A stretch of DNA of 64,000 nucleotides from contig CAVXJS010000021.1 in NCBI GenBank assembly GCA_963762145.1, positions 448,001 through 512,000 of the forward strand, written 5' to 3'. The notes under the pieces are model-generated. The model did no database searches. It had not been told where the DNA came from and worked only from the letters and a program-made list of their open reading frames with translations. The DNA comes from an uncultured Candidatus Rokubacteria bacterium (GTDB taxonomy: Bacteria > Methylomirabilota > Methylomirabilia > Rokubacteriales > CSP1-6). Both the position numbers and the translations under genes were made by a program. Shown here one piece after another: positions 47,265 to 55,172 of this stretch (position 1 is its first letter; each line of letters begins with the position of its first letter).

Positions 47265-48409
47265 TGCCGCCCCGGCCCTTCCGCATCGAGGTCCCCGAGG
47301 GCACCCTCGCGGACCTGCGCGAGCGCCTCGCCCGCGCGCGCTGGCCCGACCAGGCGCCCGGCGCGGAGTGGGCGTTCGGCACGAGCCTCGCGTACATGAA
47401 GGAGCTCGTCGCGTACTGGACGGACCGCTACGACTGGCGCGCGCACGAGGCGCGGCTCAACGGGTTCCGCCAGTTCACGGCCCCGGTGGGAGGCATCGAT
47501 CTCCACTTCATCCACGAGGAGGGCCGCGGGCCGGACCCGCTCCCGCTGCTGCTCTCCCACGGCTGGCCCGGCTCGGTCTGGGAGTTCTACAAGATCCTGC
47601 CCATGCTCACCGATCCCGCGCGCTTCGGCGGCGACCCGGCCGACGCGTTCACGGTGATCGCGCCCTCGCTGCCCGGCTACGGGTTCTCGTTCGCGCCCGG
47701 CCAGCCGCGCTTCGGCATCGCGGAGATCGCCGACCTCTTCGCGTCGCTCATGACCGACACGCTCGGCTACCGCCGCTTCGCCGCGCAGGGCGGCGACTGG
47801 GGCGGCTTCATCACGTCGAAGCTGGGCGCCGCGTATCCCGACCGGCTCGCGGCCATCCACGTGAACCTGCTGTCGCTGCGCCGCGACATCAAGCCGCCGG
47901 CCCAGCCCTCGCCGGAGGAGAAGCAGTACCTCGAGGATCTCGGTCGGTGGCAGCGCGAGGAGACGGGCTACCAGTGGATCCAGGGCACCCGGCCCCAGAC
48001 GCTGGCCTTCGGCCTGAGCGATTCCCCGGTGGGCCTCGCGGCCTGGATCGTGGAGAAGTTCCGGACCTGGAGCGACTGCGACGGCGACGTCGAGCGCCGC
48101 TTCACCAAGGACGAGCTGCTCACCAACGTGATGATCTACTGGGTGACCGGCAGCATCAACGCCTCCTTCTGGCCCTACTACGCGCGCTTCCACTCGCCGT
48201 GGCCCATCGCGGACGGCCAGCGCATCGAGGTCCCGACCGGCTACGCCGCGTTCCCGAAGGAGATCGTGCGGCCGCCGCGGGCCTGGGCCGAGCGCATGTA
48301 CAACATCCGGCGCTGGACGGTGATGCCGGCGGGCGGCCACTTCGCGGCGATGGAGGAGCCGGCCGCGCTGGCGCAGGAGCTCCGCGCCTTCTTCCGGGAG
48401 TCGCGCTGA
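47264..48409 (+). CDS. Epoxide hydrolase (EHN/microsomal type)
   Basis: HGWPGS, QGGDWG and GGHFAAME; TGATG coupling to hcmA. Confidence 0.92.
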   Translation: MPPRPFRIEVPEGTLADLRERLARARWPDQAPGAEWAFGTSLAYMKELVAYWTDRYDWRAHEARLNGFRQFTAPVGGIDLHFIHEEGRGPDPLPLLLSHGWPGSVWEFYKILPMLTDPARFGGDPADAFTVIAPSLPGYGFSFAPGQPRFGIAEIADLFASLMTDTLGYRRFAAQGGDWGGFITSKLGAAYPDRLAAIHVNLLSLRRDIKPPAQPSPEEKQYLEDLGRWQREETGYQWIQGTRPQTLAFGLSDSPVGLAAWIVEKFRTWSDCDGDVERRFTKDELLTNVMIYWVTGSINASFWPYYARFHSPWPIADGQRIEVPTGYAAFPKEIVRPPRAWAERMYNIRRWTVMPAGGHFAAMEEPAALAQELRAFFRESR

Positions 48410-49254
48410 CGCGCCGCCGGCGGCGGGCCACCACCGTCGTCCTGGCGGCTCTCCTGGCCGCCACCGTCGGGTTCGTCGTGTGGGCGGTCGGCATCGAGCC
48501 CGGCCGGGTGGTGCTGCGGGAGACGCCGGTTTCGATCGCGCGCTGGCCCGCCGACCTCGGGCCCCTCCGGATCGCCGCGCTCGCCGATCTGCACACCGGG
48601 TCGCCCCACATCACGGTGGCCAAGCTGCGCGAGATCGTGGCGTCCGTGAACGCGGCGCAGCCGGACCTGATCGTGCTGCTCGGGGACTACGTCATCCACG
48701 GGGTGGCCGGCGGCCGGTTCGTGGAGATCGAGCAGACCGCGGCGGCGCTGCGCGACCTGAAGGCGCCGCTCGGCGTCTTCGCGGTGCTCGGCAATCACGA
48801 CTGGTGGTACGACGGGGCCCGCTGCGTCCGCGCGCTCGAGGCGGTGGGCATCCACGTCCTGGAAGACGCCGCTGCCGAGGTGACGGTGCGCGGCCACTCC
48901 CTCTGGATCGCGGGGGTCAGCGACCTCCGGACCCGCCCGGCCGCGATCGGCCGCGCGCTCGCGCCGGTGCCGGCGGGCGCGTCGGTGATCGTCCTCACCC
49001 ACAACCCGGATGTCTTCGCCCGCATGCCCGCGCGCGTGCTGCTCACCCTGGCCGGGCACACCCACGGCGGCCAGGTGAACCTGCCCGTGCTCGGGCGCCT
49101 CATCGTGCCGTCGCACTTCGGGGATCGCTACGCGATCGGCCACATCCACGAGGACGACCGCGACCTCTTCGTCTCGCCCGGCATCGGCACCAGCATCGTC
49201 CCGGTGCGGTTCCGCGTGCCGCCCGAGGTCTCGATGCTCACGGTGGGGCGGTGA
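48406..49254 (+). CDS. Metallophosphoesterase (YkuE/YaeI-like) with N-terminal TM
   Basis: DLH, GDY, GNHD, HNPD and GHTHGGQ; start codon uncertain. Confidence 0.88.
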   Translation: MTRRRRRATTVVLAALLAATVGFVVWAVGIEPGRVVLRETPVSIARWPADLGPLRIAALADLHTGSPHITVAKLREIVASVNAAQPDLIVLLGDYVIHGVAGGRFVEIEQTAAALRDLKAPLGVFAVLGNHDWWYDGARCVRALEAVGIHVLEDAAAEVTVRGHSLWIAGVSDLRTRPAAIGRALAPVPAGASVIVLTHNPDVFARMPARVLLTLAGHTHGGQVNLPVLGRLIVPSHFGDRYAIGHIHEDDRDLFVSPGIGTSIVPVRFRVPPEVSMLTVGR

Positions 49255-51329
49255 AGGCCCCCACCCGGAGTCAGCGCACGCGTCTGCTCGCGAGCGCGGC
49301 GCCCGCGCTCGGCGTCGCGCTCGTGCTCACCGCCGCCTCGCTCTGGGGGTTCCTCGCCGCCACCCGCGCGCGGGTCGGCGACCTGCTCTTCAACGCGCGC
49401 CCGGCCCAGACCGCGCGCTCCACCGTGATCGTGGGCATCGACGAGAAGAGCTACCAGGCGCTGCTCGGGCGCCACGGCCCGCTCTCGGCCTGGCCCCGCA
49501 CGCTCTACGCCGACGCCCTCGACGCCCTCCGGCCCGCCGCCCCGCGCGTGGTAGCCTTCGCGATCTTCTTCGACGCGCAGCGGCCCGAGGACGGCGCGCT
49601 CGCCGAGGCGATGCGTCGCGCCGGCAACGTGGTCGTGCCCGTGGTGGCGCAGGGGGCGAGGGCCTTCGATCCGCGCCCGGGCGTCGCCCAGGAGTTCGAG
49701 ACCTTCGTCCGGCCGGCCGCCACCGTGCGGAGCGCGGCGGTGGACGAGGGGCTGGCCAACATCACCACCGGGCGGGACAGCGTGGTCCGGCGCCTTCCCC
49801 TCCTCCTCCGCGCCGGCGGCGAGGAGCTGCCGAGCCTGGCCCTCACCATCGTGGCGCGCTTCACGCGCCGGCCGGTCGTCCTGGACGCGCACGCGGAGCC
49901 CGGCCTCCTCCACGCGGCGGGCCGGACGATTCCGGTCGCGGAGCACGACACGATGCTGATCGATTTTCTCGGCCCGCCGTCCGAGCCGGGGGGCGCCGGG
50001 CCCTTCCCGATTCTCTCGTTCGTGGACGTGCTCGAAGGCCGCTTCGATCCCGCGCTGGTCCGCGACCGCATCGTGCTGCTGGGCCCGACCATCCGGGGCG
50101 TGGACGAGCACGCTACTCCGACCACCGGCGACACGCGGATGTGGGGCGTCGAGATCCTGGGCAACGCGGTCGAGACGGTGCTGTATCAGCGCTTCCTCTC
50201 GCCCGTCGGGCCCGGCACCACCGCCATCCTGATCGGGGGCATGGCCCTGCTCGCCGCGCTCGTGGTCGCGACGTGGCGGCCCCTGCCCGCCGGGCTGGCG
50301 GTCGCGGCCGGGCTCGCCCTCTACGGGACCGCGGCGGCCCTGCTCTTCGAGCGCGGCGTCGTGCTGGACCTGGTCTACCCGCCGGCCGCGCTGCTGATCA
50401 GCTTCGCGGCCGCGCTCTCCTCGCGCCTCGTTCTGGAGCAGGCGGAGCAGCGAATAGTCCGGGAGGCGATGGGCCGCTATCTCTCGCCCGCGGTGAGCCA
50501 GTGGGTCCTCGCCGATCCGGACCGTTTGCGGCTCGGCGGCGAGACGCGAGAGATGACGGTGCTCTTCAGCGACCTCCGTCAGTTCACCACGCTCGCCCAC
50601 GCGCTGCCTCCCGCGACGCTGGTGGCCCTGCTCAACACCTACCGCACCGGGATGGCGGACGTGGTCTTCCGCCACGACGGCGTGCTCGCCCAGTACGCGG
50701 GCGACGCCATCGAGGCCTTCTGGAACGCGCCGATGGACCAGGCCGACCACGCGCGGCGCGCCTGTCTGACCGCGCTCGACATGGTGGCGGCGCTCGCGAC
50801 GCTGCGCCCGCAGTTCGAGGCGCGGGGCTGGGCCCATCTCGACCTGGGCGTGGGGATCAACACCGGGCAGATGGTGGTGGGCAACATGGGCTCGAAGGAT
50901 CGCCTGATCTACACCGCGGTCGGCGATCCGGTGAACGTGGCCGCGCGGCTCGAGGGGCTCTCCAAGGAATACGGCGTGCGGATCGTGGTGGGCGAGGCCA
51001 CCGTCGCCGCCGAGCCGCGGGCCCTCGTCTACCGCATCCTCGACCGGGTCGCGGTCAAGGGGCGTGGCGAGCCGCTCACCTGCTACGAGGTGCTCGCGCG
51101 CGCGGGCGCGCTCGATCCCGCGGGCGAGCGCCGGCTCGCGCGCTACCACGAGGCCCTCGCGCTCTACCGCGCGCGGCGATGGGCCGAGGCGATCCGCCTG
51201 CTCGACGAGCTCGGCGCCGAGGCGCCCACCGACGGGCCCATCGCGCTCTACCAGCGGCGCGCGCGCGCCCTGCTCACGGATCCGCCCCCCGCCGACTGGG
51301 ACGGCGTCTTCGTCGCGGAGTCGAAGTAG
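49251..51329 (+). CDS. CHASE2 domain class III nucleotidyl cyclase with C-terminal TPR-like tail
   Basis: WPRTLYA, MWGVEI, GRYLSP, SDLRQFT, QYAGDA, GDPVNVAARLE and WDGVF. Confidence 0.9.
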   Translation: MKAPTRSQRTRLLASAAPALGVALVLTAASLWGFLAATRARVGDLLFNARPAQTARSTVIVGIDEKSYQALLGRHGPLSAWPRTLYADALDALRPAAPRVVAFAIFFDAQRPEDGALAEAMRRAGNVVVPVVAQGARAFDPRPGVAQEFETFVRPAATVRSAAVDEGLANITTGRDSVVRRLPLLLRAGGEELPSLALTIVARFTRRPVVLDAHAEPGLLHAAGRTIPVAEHDTMLIDFLGPPSEPGGAGPFPILSFVDVLEGRFDPALVRDRIVLLGPTIRGVDEHATPTTGDTRMWGVEILGNAVETVLYQRFLSPVGPGTTAILIGGMALLAALVVATWRPLPAGLAVAAGLALYGTAAALLFERGVVLDLVYPPAALLISFAAALSSRLVLEQAEQRIVREAMGRYLSPAVSQWVLADPDRLRLGGETREMTVLFSDLRQFTTLAHALPPATLVALLNTYRTGMADVVFRHDGVLAQYAGDAIEAFWNAPMDQADHARRACLTALDMVAALATLRPQFEARGWAHLDLGVGINTGQMVVGNMGSKDRLIYTAVGDPVNVAARLEGLSKEYGVRIVVGEATVAAEPRALVYRILDRVAVKGRGEPLTCYEVLARAGALDPAGERRLARYHEALALYRARRWAEAIRLLDELGAEAPTDGPIALYQRRARALLTDPPPADWDGVFVAESK

Positions 51330-51433
51330 ACGGTTGGAAGGATGTGCCGCGCCGGTAAGCCGTGCCGGTACGCTTGATCCGCAGGGCATCCGTCCTGCGC
51401 CCAGGACACCAGCGTTTCCAGGCTCTTCCGGTC

Positions 51434-51448
51434 CGGCACGGCGTTTGC
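51434..51448 (+). promoter_or_regulatory. Putative sigma54 promoter
   Basis: CGGCAC-GGCGT-TTGC followed by SD AGGAGGT and ATG 51477. Confidence 0.65.
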
Positions 51449-51476
51449 CCCTATCCAGGGCAGGAGGTGAACTGCC

Positions 51477-51632
51477 ATGGACGAGCGACCGATGGAACCG
51501 TGTCCGCGATGCGGCGGCGACTGCCGGGCGGTCCGGCAGTTCACCCGATGGGGCCGCGCCATCACGGTGCTTTCGTGCCGGGATTGTCAGTACACGCGCC
51601 ACGCCTTGGTAACCGCGGGAGCGCAGCAGTGA
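51477..51632 (+). CDS. 51-aa CPxCG zinc-ribbon microprotein
   Basis: MDERPMEPCPRCGGDCRAVRQFTRWGRAITVLSCRDCQYTRHALVTAGAQQ; strong SD; below the ORF-track size cutoff. Confidence 0.65.
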   Translation: MDERPMEPCPRCGGDCRAVRQFTRWGRAITVLSCRDCQYTRHALVTAGAQQ

Positions 51633-51826
51633 TCAACGTGCTCCTGCTGTTCCTCACGACCGGGGTCGCGCTGATGGTGGCCGTCACGTTGATCGTTGGA
51701 ATAGCGTGGCTCGCGATCGCGATTCCGGTCGTGCTCATCAGCGGCGCCGGCGCCGGTCTGGTCGCCTTGAATCGACGATGGGCCCGCGCACACGTCGGGA
51801 GGCCCCACGTCGGGAGGACCCGGTGA
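51629..51826 (+). CDS. Small two-TM membrane protein
   Basis: GTG overlapping the microprotein stop (GTGA); long hydrophobic stretch and basic tail. Confidence 0.6.
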   Translation: MINVLLLFLTTGVALMVAVTLIVGIAWLAIAIPVVLISGAGAGLVALNRRWARAHVGRPHVGRTR

Positions 51827-51874
51827 CGGAGCGCGCCGCGGGCGCCCGGCCGATTCCGTGTATCATCTCGCTCC

Positions 51875-52792
51875 ATGAAGCTCGGATTCGCGCTCCCGAC
51901 CGCGGGTGACTGGGCCACGCCGGAGAACCAGATTCGCGTCGCGCGCCAGGCCGAGGCGCTCGGCTACCATTCGCTCTGGGTCTTCCAGCGTCTGCTCTAC
52001 GCGCTCGAGCCCAAGAACGAGTACCCGCCGGTGCCGGGCAAGACGTGGCCCAAGCCGTTCGAGCGCGTCTTCGATCCGATCGTCACCCTCGCCTACGTGG
52101 CCGCGGCCACCCAGCGCATCCGCCTCGGCACCAGCGTGCTGATCATGCCGTTCTACCAGCCGGTCGTCCTCGCCAAGCAGCTCGCCACGCTGGACGTGCT
52201 CTCGGGCGGCCGCCTGGACGTGGGGCTCGGCCTCGGCTGGTCGCAGGACGAGTACGAGGCGGTCGGTGTGCCCTTCAAGCACCGGGGCCGCCGTGCCGAC
52301 GAGTTCCTCCGCTGCCTCGACGCGATCTGGAGCCAGGACGTGACCGAGTTCCACGGCGAGTTCTACCACGTGCCGCGCTCGCGGGTGGAGCCGAAGCCGG
52401 TGCAGAAGCCGCGCCCGCCCATCACCATCGGCGGCTACGGCTCGACGGTCGTGAAGCGCGCGGTGGAGCTGGGCGACGGCTTCAACGGGGGCAACGTACC
52501 GATGGCCAGCGTGGCCCCGCTGGTGAAGGAAGTGAAGGACGCGGCGGCCGCGCTCGGGAAGGACCCGGGCTCGCTCCACATTGTCTGCCGCGGCACGTAC
52601 CGCGTCCACGACAGCCCCCAGGGCTCGGACCGCCGCCCGCTCTGGGGAACGCTCGACGAGATCCGCGAGGACATCGGCCGCTATGCGGAGGCCGGCCTGA
52701 CCGAGCTGTTCCTGGAGGGCAATTTCACGCCCGGCGGCGCCTCGCTCGAGCAGGCGCTCGAGGTGATGGCGCGCCTGGCGCCCGGCCGCTGA
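51875..52792 (+). CDS. LLM class (probable F420-dependent) oxidoreductase
   Basis: AEALGYHSLWV, DPIVTLAYVAAATQRIRLGTSVL, GRLDVGLGLGW and PKPVQKP. Confidence 0.9.
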   Translation: MKLGFALPTAGDWATPENQIRVARQAEALGYHSLWVFQRLLYALEPKNEYPPVPGKTWPKPFERVFDPIVTLAYVAAATQRIRLGTSVLIMPFYQPVVLAKQLATLDVLSGGRLDVGLGLGWSQDEYEAVGVPFKHRGRRADEFLRCLDAIWSQDVTEFHGEFYHVPRSRVEPKPVQKPRPPITIGGYGSTVVKRAVELGDGFNGGNVPMASVAPLVKEVKDAAAALGKDPGSLHIVCRGTYRVHDSPQGSDRRPLWGTLDEIREDIGRYAEAGLTELFLEGNFTPGGASLEQALEVMARLAPGR

Positions 52793-52933
52793 CCTTGGCG
52801 AGCGAACGCTGGCGGACCCAGGTGACCGCAAGTGTCAGACTCCATGTCAGAATCTGTGAACCGCCCCTCGATGCCCACTGGGTGCCTGAAGGCAAAGCGC
52901 AGTTATTTCATTAGGTTGTCCCGGGCATGGGGG

Positions 52934-52948
52934 CGGCACTTTTCTTGC
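52934..52948 (+). promoter_or_regulatory. Putative sigma54 promoter
   Basis: CGGCAC-TTTTC-TTGC with an AT-rich tract upstream. Confidence 0.65.
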
Positions 52949-52962
52949 TCAACCTGCCTGAC

Positions 52963-53778
52963 ATGGACGACAGCCTCCCGAGCATCTTGTGTGTCGATGA
53001 CGACGTGGACGTCCTGGAACTGCTCAAGGAGTATTTTACCGAGCAGGGATTCGTCGTCCTGACCGCCACCAACGGGGTCGAGGCTTTCCTCCAGGTCAAG
53101 CGGTGGCAGCCCAAGGCTGTGATCCTCGACCTGTTCATGCCCCGCCTGGGCGGAATCGGCGCGCTGGGTCGGATCAAGGCGCTCAACCCCGACGTGGTCG
53201 TGATCCTGGTCAGCGGCATGGGCAATGCGCTCGAGCTGGTCACGGAGGCCGGCCTGAGCGTGGCCGGCGCCTTCACCAAGCCGCTCAACCTGATGCAGGT
53301 GTCCGACACGCTGGCCCGGTCCGGTGTGGTGGCCCCGGCGACCCTGGTCGCGGCGGCGGCGGCGGGTGAGCCCGTGCAGGCCAAGCGGCCGGTGCGCGCG
53401 CGTGTGCTCGTGGTGGACGACGAGCTCGAGTTCCGCAAGGTGCTCGCCGAGTACCTCGAGGACCGCGGCTTCGACGTCATCGAGGCGCAGGACGGCGAGG
53501 AGGCGCTCCTCCGGGTGCCGGACTTCCACCCGCACATCGTGCTGATGGACGTGATGATGGCGGGCATGGGCGGCGTCGAGGCCCTGAAGCGGATCAAGAC
53601 CACCGCGCCCGAGACGTGCGTGATCATGGTCACCGCGGTGGAGGACATCGACTCCGCGCGCGGAGCCCTGGCGCTCGGCGCGTCCGACTACGTGACGAAG
53701 CCGTTCAGCTTCCAGTATCTCGACTCGGTGCTCGAGGTCCACATGCTGATGGACCACATCGACCCGAAGTCGAGCTAG
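52963..53778 (+). CDS. Response regulator with two receiver domains and no output domain
   Basis: VDDD..LDLFMP..TKP and VDDE..MDVMM..TKPF. Confidence 0.88.
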   Translation: MDDSLPSILCVDDDVDVLELLKEYFTEQGFVVLTATNGVEAFLQVKRWQPKAVILDLFMPRLGGIGALGRIKALNPDVVVILVSGMGNALELVTEAGLSVAGAFTKPLNLMQVSDTLARSGVVAPATLVAAAAAGEPVQAKRPVRARVLVVDDELEFRKVLAEYLEDRGFDVIEAQDGEEALLRVPDFHPHIVLMDVMMAGMGGVEALKRIKTTAPETCVIMVTAVEDIDSARGALALGASDYVTKPFSFQYLDSVLEVHMLMDHIDPKSS

Positions 53779-55172
53779 CGCAGCACCCCCTCCGCCGCCT
53801 CCTCGCCCGACCGCACGCAGTCCGCGATCCCGACACCCCGGTAGGCTCCGCCCGCCAGGCGGAGGCCCGCGTGCCGCGCCACCGCCAGCTCGATGGCCTC
53901 CGCGCGCGCCGCGTGGCCCACGTGGTACTGCGGCATCGCATGCGGGTAGCGGGCGACCCGGCTGAACCGCGGCGCGCCCGTCACCCCCAGCAGCTCGCCG
54001 AGCTGCGCGCGCGCGACCTCCACCAGCGCCGCGTCGTCGGCCTCGAGCGCCGACTCGTTCAGCGCGCCGCCGATGAACACGCGCAGCAGCGCGTGGTCTT
54101 CCGGGGCGCGCCCCGGGTACTTCACGCTCGAGAAGGTGCCCGCGAAGACGGGCCGGCGCTCCACCTGCGGCACCACGAACCCGAAACCGTCGAGCGGATG
54201 GCGGATGTCGGCGCGGCGATAGGCCAGCGTCACGGTCGCGGAGGAGGCGTAGGGAATTCCCTCCAGCAGGTGCGCGAGGCCCGGGTCCACGTAACGCACG
54301 AGCCGCGCGGCCTGATGCGCCTCCGGCGACAGGATGAGCGCGTCGCCGGTGAAGACCCCGCCGCCCGCGGTGGTGACGCGCCAGCCGCCCGCGTCGCGCT
54401 CGATCGAGGCCGCCCGCTCCTTGAGGCGCACCGCTCCGGGGGGCAGCCGGGTGGCCAGCAGACGAACGAGCTCCTCCATGCCCTCGGCGAAGGTGACGAA
54501 GAGCGACCAGCGCGCGCCGCTCGTTCCCGCGTGGAGCGCCGGGGCCCGGCGGGCGGCCCGCCAGAGCGCCAGGATCACGCTGCGCTCGCGCCGCTCCATC
54601 TCGAGGAAGCGCGGCATGGTGGCGCCGAGCGAGAGCTCGTCGGGATCGGCGGTGTAGATGCCGCCGACCAGCGGCTGGGCGACGCGCTCGAGCGCCTCGC
54701 GCCCGAGCCGCCGCCGCACGAAGGCCCCGAGGCTCTCGTCGGGGGACCCGCCGCGCGGCAGCACGAGATCGCAGGCCATCCGGAGCTTGCCGGGCCACGA
54801 GAAGAGCGACGAGGCCAGGAAGGGCCCGAGCCGGGTGGGCGCCAGGAGCTGGAAGCCCTCCGGCAGCGGATGGAGCCGTCCGCGAAAGGCCACGAAGACG
54901 CGCCGGAACCGGTTGTCGGTCCCGATCAGCCGGTCCTCCACCCCGAGCCGGCGGCAGAGCGCGAGCGCCCACGGCTTCTCGGAGAGGAACGAGTCGGGCC
55001 CGCACTCGACCAGGAAGCCGTCGCGACGCTCGGTCTGGATGGTGCCGCCCAGACGATCGGCGCACTCGAGCAAGGTCAGCTCGAGTGGCCGGCCGCGCTC
55101 GCGCGCCAGCTCCACCGCCCGGTGGGCGGCCGCCAGCCCGGAGAGCCCGCCCCCGACGACGATCAGCTTCAC
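53775..55172 (-). CDS. hemY: HemY-type protoporphyrinogen/coproporphyrinogen oxidase
   Basis: GGGLSGL, ECGPDSF, PLVGGIY, MPQYHVGH and GVGIADC. Confidence 0.92.
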   Translation of the reverse strand: MKLIVVGGGLSGLAAAHRAVELARERGRPLELTLLECADRLGGTIQTERRDGFLVECGPDSFLSEKPWALALCRRLGVEDRLIGTDNRFRRVFVAFRGRLHPLPEGFQLLAPTRLGPFLASSLFSWPGKLRMACDLVLPRGGSPDESLGAFVRRRLGREALERVAQPLVGGIYTADPDELSLGATMPRFLEMERRERSVILALWRAARRAPALHAGTSGARWSLFVTFAEGMEELVRLLATRLPPGAVRLKERAASIERDAGGWRVTTAGGGVFTGDALILSPEAHQAARLVRYVDPGLAHLLEGIPYASSATVTLAYRRADIRHPLDGFGFVVPQVERRPVFAGTFSSVKYPGRAPEDHALLRVFIGGALNESALEADDAALVEVARAQLGELLGVTGAPRFSRVARYPHAMPQYHVGHAARAEAIELAVARHAGLRLAGGAYRGVGIADCVRSGEEAAEGVLR

